Assembly (NCBI GenBank): GCA_016931515.1
Contig: JAFGEQ010000006.1
Span: 24,649 to 88,648, forward strand
Direction of reading: 5' to 3'
Source: a candidate division CSSED10-310 bacterium
Lineage (GTDB): Bacteria > CSSED10-310
DNA: 64,000 bases
Position 1 is the stretch's first letter, and each line of letters begins with the position of its first letter. Below, piece after piece: positions 48,090 through 57,844 of this stretch. The translations under genes and the position numbers were made by a program. The notes below the pieces were generated by a model. That model saw only the letters and a list, made by a program, of their open reading frames with translations, had not been told where the DNA came from and made no database searches.

Positions 48090-50396
48090 GTGAGAAATTT
48101 ATCTTTTGTCCTGCTTGCAGTGATGATTGCACTGCTGATTGGCTGCTCAGAGGGTGAGCGGGGACCCAAAGAATTCGATGTTCAGATTACTACCCAAAAA
48201 CTCGAAGACGGTCAGATATCTTTCAGTGCTGAAGTCGATGAAACAGTGAAGGGTGCATTAACCTATCAGTGGGATTTTGGAGATGCTACCACTTCTCCTT
48301 TAATTTCTCCGGTTCATCAATACACTGAATCAGGTCTTTTCCCGGTTACGGTTTCCGTAGTGGACTCCGAAGGCAACTTCGGTTCGGATCATCTCTTCTG
48401 TCGCAATGGTTTGACGATCGTTATCTGGATTCCCTGGGTTGCTATCATTGGATTATTGCTTGCACTTGTTTTTTATGTATGGATCAGGAAGCTTCCGGTC
48501 GGAACCGAGAAGATGAGGGAACTTTCCGAGCATATCCATCGTGGTTCGATGGTGTTCCTTAAACGAGAAAGCAGCTACCTGTACCGGTTTATCATAATCG
48601 TGTTTATTCTCCTTCTTTTTATTGGTTATCGCACGGCATTAGCGTTTTTGGGCGGCGCGATCTGTTCGATGCTGGCTGGATTGATCGGGATGATCGCTGC
48701 TACCCGCGCGAATGTTCGTACGGCTGAAGCGGCGCGTTCAGAGGGTTTATCACGAGCCCTTTTCGTGGCTTTCCTAGGCGGGGAAGTCATGGGCCTTTCG
48801 GTCGCGTCCCTGGGATTGCTTGGAGTGAGTCTGATCTTCCTGGTATTCGGCGATCCCAATCATTTCCAATACATCAGCGGATTCGCCATGGGAGCGAGTT
48901 CGATTGCTCTATTTGCCAGGGTTGGCGGAGGAATCTACACAAAGACAGCGGATGTAGGGGCAGATCTGGTTGGTAAGATCGAAGCAGGCATTCCGGAAGA
49001 TGATCCACGGAATCCGGGAGTTATCGCGGATAATGTCGGCGATAATGTCGGCGATGTTGCCGGAATGGGTGCAGATATTTTTGAGTCATACGTTGGATCT
49101 ATTGTTGCGACAGTAGCTCTGGGTGCAACAATGATCGCCAATGCCTATCAATATATGTTGTATCCGCTCGTGGTTGCCATGTTGGGTCTAATCGCTTCAA
49201 TCATTGGATTCGCTTCGATGAGGTTGTTCACTCATAAAGGTCCGGCGGCAGTGTTACGACTCTCGACCTATGTAGCCGCAGGTATCATGATAGTGACGTC
49301 TTTTTTCGCAGCCGTTTTCATGCTGGGGACAGGAAATGGTTTTCTGATCTGGCTGGCAATGGTTTTTGGATGTCTTTGCGGTGTTCTGATCGGTTTGATT
49401 ACTGAGTATTACACGTCGGGGAAACCCATCCGCACGATCGCCAAAAACTCCGAAACCGGTGCAGCAACAAATATTATCACCGGTCTGGCGGTAGGAATGG
49501 AATCCGTTGTTTTACCAGTTCTCACAATATGCATTGCAATTCTCATCGCATATTGGCTTGGTGGTCTGTATGGGATAGGAATCGCTGCAGTCGGGATGCT
49601 CGCGACCACCGGTATTACAATGAGTGTCGATGCATATGGACCCATTGCGGATAATGCCGGGGGAATTTCAGAGATGGCAGGTCTTGGACCCGATGTACGC
49701 AAGATTACCGACAGTCTGGATTCCCTGGGAAACACGACTGCTGCAATCGGCAAAGGGTTTGCGATCGGCAGCGCCGCTCTTACTGCTCTGGCTATGTTTT
49801 CAGCTTATACGCAGGCAGTTGTGATCAATATCAGTGATTTCAGCATCAACATCATGGACCCGATCGTTGTAACAGGTCTTTTTATAGGCGGCATGTTGCC
49901 TTTCTTCCTTGCCTCGAAAACAATGACCTCGGTGGGACGGGCAGCGAACAAAATGATTTCGGAGATCAGACGACAATTCAAAGAAATCCCTGGACTGATG
50001 GAAGGCACTTCGGAGCCCGATTTTGAACGTTGCATTGATATTTCGACCCAGAGTGCACTCCACGAAATGGTAATCCCGGGAGTAACGGCAGTACTCGCGC
50101 CTGTTTTGATCGGATGGATACTCGGTCCGGAGGCACTTGGTGGGGCGTTGGCGGGGGCAACGATAACAGGAGTGCTTCTGGCTCTGATGATGGCCAATGG
50201 CGGCGGTGCCTGGGATAATGCCAAGAAGTGGATAGAGGAAGGCAATCTGGGCGGAAAAGGTTCCGAAGCTCATAAAGCGGCAATAGTCGGTGACACGGTT
50301 GGAGATCCGTTCAAAGACACATCGGGGCCTGCCATGAATATCCTGATCAAATTAATGAGTGTCGTTTCGCTGGTCATCGCTCCGCTATTCGGTTAA
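48090..50396 (+). CDS. hppA: membrane-bound proton/sodium-translocating pyrophosphatase with N-terminal lipoprotein signal and PKD domain
   Basis: [22 protein letters not shown] and other H+-PPase signatures; GTG start with AAGGAGAGG RBS; residues ~1-20 signal with lipobox LIGC; residues ~25-110 PKD-like ([11 protein letters not shown]...[21 protein letters not shown]). Confidence 0.85.
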   Translation: MRNLSFVLLAVMIALLIGCSEGERGPKEFDVQITTQKLEDGQISFSAEVDETVKGALTYQWDFGDATTSPLISPVHQYTESGLFPVTVSVVDSEGNFGSDHLFCRNGLTIVIWIPWVAIIGLLLALVFYVWIRKLPVGTEKMRELSEHIHRGSMVFLKRESSYLYRFIIIVFILLLFIGYRTALAFLGGAICSMLAGLIGMIAATRANVRTAEAARSEGLSRALFVAFLGGEVMGLSVASLGLLGVSLIFLVFGDPNHFQYISGFAMGASSIALFARVGGGIYTKTADVGADLVGKIEAGIPEDDPRNPGVIADNVGDNVGDVAGMGADIFESYVGSIVATVALGATMIANAYQYMLYPLVVAMLGLIASIIGFASMRLFTHKGPAAVLRLSTYVAAGIMIVTSFFAAVFMLGTGNGFLIWLAMVFGCLCGVLIGLITEYYTSGKPIRTIAKNSETGAATNIITGLAVGMESVVLPVLTICIAILIAYWLGGLYGIGIAAVGMLATTGITMSVDAYGPIADNAGGISEMAGLGPDVRKITDSLDSLGNTTAAIGKGFAIGSAALTALAMFSAYTQAVVINISDFSINIMDPIVVTGLFIGGMLPFFLASKTMTSVGRAANKMISEIRRQFKEIPGLMEGTSEPDFERCIDISTQSALHEMVIPGVTAVLAPVLIGWILGPEALGGALAGATITGVLLALMMANGGGAWDNAKKWIEEGNLGGKGSEAHKAAIVGDTVGDPFKDTSGPAMNILIKLMSVVSLVIAPLFG

Positions 50397-50442
50397 CGGG
50401 TGCCAAGACGCCAGGTTCCAGGATGATCGGATCAGCAGACGC

Positions 50443-51564
50443 ATGACACACACAATCTTCTACATTACACCTTCCGTGGAGTTGCTTGGAGCTCGCATCA
50501 GTCTGGTAGAATTGCTGCGTCACCTGGATCGAACACGGTATCGTCCGGTGGTTATTTGTCATCGATATGGTCCATTGATTGATAAGTTGAAGGAGATAAA
50601 CGTTGAGACTCGGATCGTTCGGTTTGGTAATTGGCGAAAACCAAAATACTGGCCGCTGATCCCTTTCGCGATAAGAGAACTAGTGGCACTTGGCAAAATT
50701 GAAAAAGCAGCGCTTTTTCACAGCAATGAATTCTGGTCGTTTCCTTACGCACGTTTAGCAGCCAATCGCCTGGGTATTCCCGCTTTTTCACATTTCCGCT
50801 GCAGCCGGACACCTCAACAGATTCCTCCCAGAAAAATCAAAAATTATTTGCTGCCCAAAGCGGATATGTTGATCGCTGTTTCCAGGGCTCAGCAGCGACT
50901 ATTTCGGGATTTTCCTGAGATGGCGGATCGAATTACAGTCATTCATAACGGAGTGGATCTTGAGCAGTTCGAACGAGCTGACGGAATTGGTTTCAGGCGT
51001 GAAATCGGAATGAATTCCGATGGACATCTGTTTGGTATCGTCGGTCCGGTCAGTCCTCATAAAGGCATTGAAGAGTTTATCCGTTCAGCAAAGATCATTT
51101 GCGACGCACTTCCCAACGCACATTTTGCGGTGGTCGGTCCTGAACGTCCACATGCATTTGCCGATACAATGCAAACTCTCGCCCAATCATTAAATATCGA
51201 AAAGAACGTGGTTTTCACTGGTTTTCGGATGGATATCCCGCAAATCATGTCGGCGTTTGATGTGCTGATCACACCATCCAGAGTAGAAGCGTTCGGACGG
51301 GTTATCCTCGAAGCGATGTCTGCAGGTACTCCAGTAGTGGCATCGCAGGTTGGAGGAATTCCAGAGATAATCGATCGACCTGAAATTGGCGTTTTAGTAC
51401 CACCGGAATCCCCTGAGAAACTGGCCGCAGCGGTATTGAGTCTAATTGCCGATCCGGAGAAAAAAAAGCGTATGATTGAGATCGCACGCGAACATGTCCG
51501 GAAGAATTTCACGATTGCCAGGCACACACGACAAGTGGAGCAAATTTACGAAAAATTTTTATAA
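50443..51564 (+). CDS. glycosyltransferase, GT4 family (group 1)
   Basis: GT-B C-terminal domain motifs, EAMSAGTPVVASQVGGIPEII; ATG 50443 chosen. Confidence 0.8.
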   Translation: MTHTIFYITPSVELLGARISLVELLRHLDRTRYRPVVICHRYGPLIDKLKEINVETRIVRFGNWRKPKYWPLIPFAIRELVALGKIEKAALFHSNEFWSFPYARLAANRLGIPAFSHFRCSRTPQQIPPRKIKNYLLPKADMLIAVSRAQQRLFRDFPEMADRITVIHNGVDLEQFERADGIGFRREIGMNSDGHLFGIVGPVSPHKGIEEFIRSAKIICDALPNAHFAVVGPERPHAFADTMQTLAQSLNIEKNVVFTGFRMDIPQIMSAFDVLITPSRVEAFGRVILEAMSAGTPVVASQVGGIPEIIDRPEIGVLVPPESPEKLAAAVLSLIADPEKKKRMIEIAREHVRKNFTIARHTRQVEQIYEKFL

Positions 51565-51651
51565 AAAACCTAGCTGAGAGTCGTTTTTACTCAGGAATGA
51601 TTGATTTTGCCTCCTTGATCGCATTACCTTATTAATTTGGCGAGGATGATT

Positions 51652-53808
51652 ATGTCCCAGATAGATGCGATAATTGAGGGCTACAAGGCATATTCGAACA
51701 ATCCGGAAGCCGAGGAAAGAATCCGGTTGGCTTATCAGATTGCCCGTGACGCGCATGCCGGTCAATTTCGTAAATCCGGTGAACCATACATTGTTCATCC
51801 GCTTGCAGTTGCACAAATACTGGTTGAGCTGAAAATGGATTCCGCATGTATTTGTGCTGCACTTCTCCATGATACGATTGAAGACACGGATATAGAACTG
51901 GAAACGATCCGGCAACAACTGGGACGAGAAATCGCTGTAATGGTCGATGCACTGACAAAGATCAAGACAAATGCCCTGGCTGAAAAAATTCACAAGGAGC
52001 AGGAACGTGCCGACACGATGCGGAAAATTGTTCTCGGAATGGCAAAAAACGTTCGTGTGATTATCGTCAAACTGGCGGATCGATGGAACAATGTACGAAC
52101 ACTTCAATTTATGAGCCTGGAAAAGCGGAAGCAGATTGCGCGGGAAACGATGGCCATCTATGCACCGATTGCTGATAGACTGGGGCTGTCCATTATTCGG
52201 CGGGACCTTGAGGATCAATCATTCAGTCATCTTGATCCGAAAAACTACCAGACCTACCAGCGGCGACTGGCGACGAGTAAAAGTTTTCTGGAGAACGACA
52301 TTAATGATCTGAAGCTTCAGGCAGAGGAAATTCTGGCTCGCCATGGTTTGAAGGTACGTATTTATGAGCGGTTCAAAACGGCCTTTTCACTGTATCAACG
52401 AGCCCTGCAAAAACTCCCTGCCCACATGCTTCATCTCGCGGTAATTACGACCTCCGATCTATCCTGCTATCAAGCACTGGGCATTCTGCACGAGAACTAC
52501 CGTCCGTTACCCGGAACAACAATAAAGGATTACATCGCAATTCCGCGGACGAACGGATATCAGGCTTTGCACACCTATGTTCTTTTCCGTGAGAATGTTT
52601 ACCCTATACAAATCCGGTCTGAAAAAATGGAGCAGGTAGCGATGTATGGGATTCTGCAGAGCGGAAATGAGAGCAGTCGTTCCCGATATCGCACCTGGAT
52701 AAAGCGTCTCAAAGAGCTGGTCCAGGATGAGGCGGATGCCAGGGATCTGATGAAGGGAATCGAAGATCTTGCAGCGCAGGATAAAATCTATGTTTGTACG
52801 CCACAGGGAGATTACCTGGGGTTCCCCCGTGATGCTGTTGTGTTGGATTTTGCATATCGAATTCACACGGACATTGGACACCGCTGTCAAGGTGCATTGA
52901 TGGATGAAAGACCCGCTGGAATTTTCGATAAGCTTGTTGATGGAGCCATGGTGGAAATTATTCATTCCGATGAGTATCAGATTCGCCCTGATTGGCTGGA
53001 TAATGTCAGGACACCCAGAAGTCGAACGGCCATAAGGAACTGGATCGAAACACGCAAACGAATCCGCAGTCGGGAATTCGGTGAACGATTACTGAATCTG
53101 GAGTTGGAGCGTCAGAAAATCGATTTGAGGAATCTGATCATGCAGGCGCGATTCGCCAGCATTCTGCAAGATATGAATGTTGCCGACACTGACGAGTTGT
53201 TTTTCAAAGTTGGAAGAGGAATTATTACAATAAAGACCGCCATGAAAAGCCTTCTCGATGAAGAGGAATACCGAAAATATACATCGCGAGGAACATCCCA
53301 GGTTTCGCGACTCTTCAGTTACTTTCTCAGTCGACCTAAAGTTGATGATGTTTTTGAGATAACGGATATCCACGATCCTTATCTGAAGTTTTCTCAATGC
53401 TGTAATCCATTGCACGGCGAAGAGATTGTCGGAATTTTATCCATTCAACACGGTCTCTCCGTTCACAGGATGGATTGTCCGCAATTAAAAACGCATCAAC
53501 GTGAAGATCTTCAATTGATTAAACTGGTCTGGAATACCGAAGACACTCGTCAGTCTCCTATTACTTTCAGACTGGTATGCAATAAAAAGGACGGGGTGCC
53601 ATCAACTATCTTTAACACACTGGAATCACATGAGGTTATTATACGCCACTTTCAACTCTGGCCGGAAGAAACTCAGATACTGATTCTCGTCGAGGTTATG
53701 TCCAACAGTGCGCAATACTCGGAACGAATTCAATCCATTCTTCAATCCATCAAAGGTGTTGAAAAAGTCATTCGTACCCAGTCTTTCGTGAAAGGCAAAC
53801 GGCCATGA
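51652..53808 (+). CDS. rel: bifunctional (p)ppGpp synthetase/hydrolase, RelA/SpoT family
   Basis: HD domain (HPLAVAQIL...LHDTIEDT), synthetase domain, TGS and ACT regions; ATG 51652 chosen (GAGG 6 nt upstream). Confidence 0.85.
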   Translation: MSQIDAIIEGYKAYSNNPEAEERIRLAYQIARDAHAGQFRKSGEPYIVHPLAVAQILVELKMDSACICAALLHDTIEDTDIELETIRQQLGREIAVMVDALTKIKTNALAEKIHKEQERADTMRKIVLGMAKNVRVIIVKLADRWNNVRTLQFMSLEKRKQIARETMAIYAPIADRLGLSIIRRDLEDQSFSHLDPKNYQTYQRRLATSKSFLENDINDLKLQAEEILARHGLKVRIYERFKTAFSLYQRALQKLPAHMLHLAVITTSDLSCYQALGILHENYRPLPGTTIKDYIAIPRTNGYQALHTYVLFRENVYPIQIRSEKMEQVAMYGILQSGNESSRSRYRTWIKRLKELVQDEADARDLMKGIEDLAAQDKIYVCTPQGDYLGFPRDAVVLDFAYRIHTDIGHRCQGALMDERPAGIFDKLVDGAMVEIIHSDEYQIRPDWLDNVRTPRSRTAIRNWIETRKRIRSREFGERLLNLELERQKIDLRNLIMQARFASILQDMNVADTDELFFKVGRGIITIKTAMKSLLDEEEYRKYTSRGTSQVSRLFSYFLSRPKVDDVFEITDIHDPYLKFSQCCNPLHGEEIVGILSIQHGLSVHRMDCPQLKTHQREDLQLIKLVWNTEDTRQSPITFRLVCNKKDGVPSTIFNTLESHEVIIRHFQLWPEETQILILVEVMSNSAQYSERIQSILQSIKGVEKVIRTQSFVKGKRP

Positions 53809-54653
53809 TAGATTCTCTCGGTCCAGAGCAACTCTCCTCTCTCTGCTCTGCGGCGCAACCGATTGTCCGAGAGGCCGGTAATCTAGTAACCGATTATTTC
53901 AACTCCCCTTTGGCCATTGAATATAAAAGTCGATTCGACATGGTCACCGAAGCGGACAAGGCATCCGAACGCTTCATTATCAATGCTCTTAATCAGTTAA
54001 CTCCTGGAATACCGATCATTGCGGAAGAATCTTCAGGAGAATTGGATGGAAGCGTTTTCCCGAATTCCTGGGTATGGGTCCTGGATCCCCTGGATGGAAC
54101 CACTAATTTTGCCCATGGTTTTCCTCATTTCGCTATTTCACTGGCCCTCCTCCATTCCGGTCATCCCCGGCTGGGTCTGGTGTATGATCCGTTGAAAGAA
54201 GAAATGTTTACGTCCGTTATGAACCAGGGATGCTTTCTGAATAATGTTATAGTGGCAGTGTCAGGCACCCGATCGCTCGAACGGAGTCTTATCGCGACCG
54301 GTTTCCCATATCGCGTGCGAGAGCTGAAACAAAACAATCTGATGGAATTTTGTGCTTTTCGTCTGGAATGCCAGGGGATAAGACGATTTGGTGCAGCGGC
54401 ATTGGATCTGGCCTATGTCGCAGCAGGCAGGCTGGACGGTTTCTGGGAACGATGGTTAAAACCATGGGATACTGCTGCAGGTATTCTGATGGTCGATGAA
54501 GCGGGTGGTTGTGTGAGTCGTTTTGACGGATCCGAATATTCTGTCCTTGATCCCGATATTGTCGCCTCCAATAACCTAATACACGCGATGATGCGGAATG
54601 TTCTGAACCAACCACTACCTGATTTGCCCCAATTTCCCCGGCTCGCAACATGA
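53805..54653 (+). CDS. inositol monophosphatase family protein (SuhB/CysQ-like)
   Basis: WVLDPLDGTTNFAHGFP and EESSGE motifs; ATGA overlap with rel. Confidence 0.8.
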   Translation: MIDSLGPEQLSSLCSAAQPIVREAGNLVTDYFNSPLAIEYKSRFDMVTEADKASERFIINALNQLTPGIPIIAEESSGELDGSVFPNSWVWVLDPLDGTTNFAHGFPHFAISLALLHSGHPRLGLVYDPLKEEMFTSVMNQGCFLNNVIVAVSGTRSLERSLIATGFPYRVRELKQNNLMEFCAFRLECQGIRRFGAAALDLAYVAAGRLDGFWERWLKPWDTAAGILMVDEAGGCVSRFDGSEYSVLDPDIVASNNLIHAMMRNVLNQPLPDLPQFPRLAT

Positions 54654-57600
54654 CGGCACACCGACACATATGTATGCGCATGATTCATCTTTCAGGTAAA
54701 CTTCTGAATCTGCTCGTTTTTCGAACCGTCCTGAGCCTTCCTTTTTTCTCCGGACATCTCTCGCCCCAATTCGCTTCGCTGTATTTGTATCTAATTCCGA
54801 TTGTCCTGGCTCTTCAGAGTCTTCTAGTGACTGCAATCCCTTCAACGAAAGCCCGGAAATATTGGTATGCGGACTCATTAACGATTATTGGAGTTGAACT
54901 GAGTACGCTCCTGATATTGGGATTCGCAGCCCGTAATTATCTGCTTCCGATGACCGGTTTGTTAATTGTTGTTATGACCTTTTTCCGTTCGCTGATACTT
55001 ATCGGATACATCGCGATGCTTCCCCACCAATCCGTTTCAGTTTTGCGGCGATCCGTATATCTGTCACTCGCGATTTGCCTTTTACTATCACCGCTGTCCT
55101 CCTGGAGAGAGATCAACCGCCCTCTTATGGGCGATGAACCATACTACCTGCTGATCGCATACAGTATCCTCCACGATCATGATATTGATCTGGTTAATAA
55201 TTACCGAAACGGAGATTCTTTAACATTTACGGATCAGCGATTGGAACCTCAGACTTTTGATAATTGGCGAAACGGCCGACTGATGTCACGACATCCGCCA
55301 ATGCTCCCAGTTTTTTTACTGCCTTCCTTCATTGTATTCGGTGTTCGAGGTGCCCTATTCTCACTAATACTTTTCACGGCATTATTGGCAGCAGGTTTGT
55401 ACAGATTGCTGACGCAATTCGATATATCTGACGATTTATCAGTGTGGATTTCTGCAATGACCGTTCTAACCGCACCCATGATCTTTTACTCCCAGGTTCT
55501 TTTCACCGAACTTCCAGCTGCCACGCTGGCTGTTATCACAGTATCCTGTGTATTGGATCTTAATCAGCGCAAGCGCTATCCCATTCTGCTTGCGTTAATC
55601 TGTACACTTGCAGCAACAGCGCTGAAAACGCGTTTTGCTTTGCTTTGCTTTGCACCACTGATTGTCAGCCTTGTTCTGAATATCAAATTGCGCCGCAGAC
55701 GATGGGGTTGGTTCGCCCTGGTTGGCCTATTACTGGTACTAATCGCCATCATTAATTCGACTTATTACGGATCACCACTTGGTCGTTATGTTCTATCTGA
55801 ATTAACTCGGCTTACGAATTGGAGGCTTTTCCGCGGTTTGCTTGGGACTCTTTTCGATCAACAATATGGATTGCTCCCGATAAATCCCATATTCGTTTTT
55901 GCGATTCCGGGAATGTTTTTTCTTTATAAATCAACCGGTTTGCCCAGGTTCCTGATATGGATTTCCGCCTGGTTGCCCACTTTTTTATTAATCGCTCTTT
56001 ATGCGGAGTTAACAGGAGGCATCTGTCCGAAAGGACGATTTCTCGTGGCGTGGGTGCCCTTTCTCGCAGTCCCCATCGCTTTTAGTCTATTTAATTTAAG
56101 AGGGTTTTTCTGGCGGAGTATAATCAGTGCCTCTCTTATCGCAACCTTACTGAACGTGTTCATCCAGCAGATTGATCCGAAATTACAGATTGTCTATCCT
56201 GGATCCTCTGACGGATTCCTTTCACGCATAAGTGGAATCCTCGGGATGGATTTAATCGGATGTATCCCGTCGTTTGACCGGGTTGAAGAGGGTTTGCTGC
56301 GGAGTGGACTCATCGCGTTTTTTGCAATCATGTGTCTCACGGTATTGGCGATCAGATACGGAGTCCGACCGTGTGCATCTTCTGAGCATTCATTACGGCA
56401 AAGAGGTTCCTTATCGTTTATCGTATTGGTGTTCCTGTCGATTTGTTCTTTGAGTGCTCTATGTCTGTTCCCTTTACAATCTCCATGGATGCATCCGGAG
56501 GATCCGGTATTCTCCACAACTGGCTCAGCCAGAGTTTTCTGGGAAGAACCTCGAAATTGGGATGATTGGAGTATTCGAACCGCATCACCGTACAGAAGCG
56601 GCATCCGGCTGCACCAAAACGACTCGCTGTTACGTGCGATCCGGCTCCGGTACCCGATCAGTGCATTGGATTCAGCGGCTGCGCTTGAGATTATTGCCAG
56701 AGGGAGTTATCCCGGACCGGAGATGCCGATTTTGGAAGTGGGTGTGGGTGATCATATACTGGGACACGTGACAGTGAAATCCAACGAATTCGAATCCTAC
56801 GTGGTCCCCTGGCCATATGGAGCATTGGATATACTTCCTCCCCTACGGTTAAAACATAGTGATTCAAGTGCAGGTGGCACTTATATTGATATCGATAAAA
56901 TCCGTCTTAGAAAATGGGAGGAGCCTTGGCCGATTATGCCCCCTAAACGGGATGATCCTTTTCCAATCTCATTTGGATCACTGACTGTACAGACAATAGA
57001 CCTTTCACCTGAGCCGGTACAACAAGGATATCCGTTTTCGATCAGCGCAAAGGTTGTTTTTGAAAATGAGACCCCACAACCGGATTTGGGTCTCCTGTTC
57101 ATCAGCGACACACGAGCTTATATCACTCCTCTTCAAAATCTTCGGTCAGAGGAACAGGTCGATTACACAATCACGATTCCTCCTCAATTTGGCAGCGGTA
57201 TATTTGAAGTGCTGGCTCAGGCCAGAGATCCCGATTCCGGTCAGTTCATTGCACCGGAAGGAACTCATTTTTTCAGGTGTGGGAAAAGAGCGTGGCTAGG
57301 CCGTATTATAGTTGATCCGGGACCTGTAGTTTCACAGGACAACTGGATCGAACGAATATCCGCAAAAACAGCGATTCCAGCCAATCATATTATACAGATT
57401 GACCGGAGTTGGCATCTATCGCGAAATTCCGATGTTGCGATTAAACTGGATCAGGAGATATCGGCCAATGGTCTGGTTCTGATCAGTAACATCTCATCTG
57501 TCTTTGAAGAGATACCATGGGACACATTCATCGGAATCATCGAGTTAGATAGCACTGAAAGCAACGTGGAATATCAGATTCAATTGGGAAAAGAGACAGC

Positions 57601-57844
57601 GGAAGCCATGTATGAATTTGGTGGCAAAGAAGTGCGTCTGGCTCATCCTCAGGCTCCGATTATTGAACGACAACCCAAGATCATTCACTGGCCGGTCGAG
57701 TTTGAGGGCATATCCTATAACGAAGTGATCTATTACTCCCGACTGGATTGGGGCAGGGATCTGCCAATTCGTGAAATCAGAGTCCGATCCCTAGATTTTC
57801 CTGGTGTCTGGAATACGTATGCTTTAGCATTGGTTCTACCATGA
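54650..57844 (+). CDS. giant GT-C-fold membrane protein (PMT/ArnT-like) with ~500-aa C-terminal extracytoplasmic domain
   Basis: ~12 TM helices; loop motif GDEPYYLLIAYSILHDHDIDLVNNY approx 55130-55200; ATGA overlap with upstream IMPase gene. Confidence 0.5.
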   Translation: MTAHRHICMRMIHLSGKLLNLLVFRTVLSLPFFSGHLSPQFASLYLYLIPIVLALQSLLVTAIPSTKARKYWYADSLTIIGVELSTLLILGFAARNYLLPMTGLLIVVMTFFRSLILIGYIAMLPHQSVSVLRRSVYLSLAICLLLSPLSSWREINRPLMGDEPYYLLIAYSILHDHDIDLVNNYRNGDSLTFTDQRLEPQTFDNWRNGRLMSRHPPMLPVFLLPSFIVFGVRGALFSLILFTALLAAGLYRLLTQFDISDDLSVWISAMTVLTAPMIFYSQVLFTELPAATLAVITVSCVLDLNQRKRYPILLALICTLAATALKTRFALLCFAPLIVSLVLNIKLRRRRWGWFALVGLLLVLIAIINSTYYGSPLGRYVLSELTRLTNWRLFRGLLGTLFDQQYGLLPINPIFVFAIPGMFFLYKSTGLPRFLIWISAWLPTFLLIALYAELTGGICPKGRFLVAWVPFLAVPIAFSLFNLRGFFWRSIISASLIATLLNVFIQQIDPKLQIVYPGSSDGFLSRISGILGMDLIGCIPSFDRVEEGLLRSGLIAFFAIMCLTVLAIRYGVRPCASSEHSLRQRGSLSFIVLVFLSICSLSALCLFPLQSPWMHPEDPVFSTTGSARVFWEEPRNWDDWSIRTASPYRSGIRLHQNDSLLRAIRLRYPISALDSAAALEIIARGSYPGPEMPILEVGVGDHILGHVTVKSNEFESYVVPWPYGALDILPPLRLKHSDSSAGGTYIDIDKIRLRKWEEPWPIMPPKRDDPFPISFGSLTVQTIDLSPEPVQQGYPFSISAKVVFENETPQPDLGLLFISDTRAYITPLQNLRSEEQVDYTITIPPQFGSGIFEVLAQARDPDSGQFIAPEGTHFFRCGKRAWLGRIIVDPGPVVSQDNWIERISAKTAIPANHIIQIDRSWHLSRNSDVAIKLDQEISANGLVLISNISSVFEEIPWDTFIGIIELDSTESNVEYQIQLGKETAEAMYEFGGKEVRLAHPQAPIIERQPKIIHWPVEFEGISYNEVIYYSRLDWGRDLPIREIRVRSLDFPGVWNTYALALVLP

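Noticed and set aside
55633-55653. Short tandem repeat (TTTGC)x4
   Set aside because: Lies inside the GT-C membrane protein coding sequence (encodes FALLCFA in a TM segment); too short to be a CRISPR or regulatory repeat.
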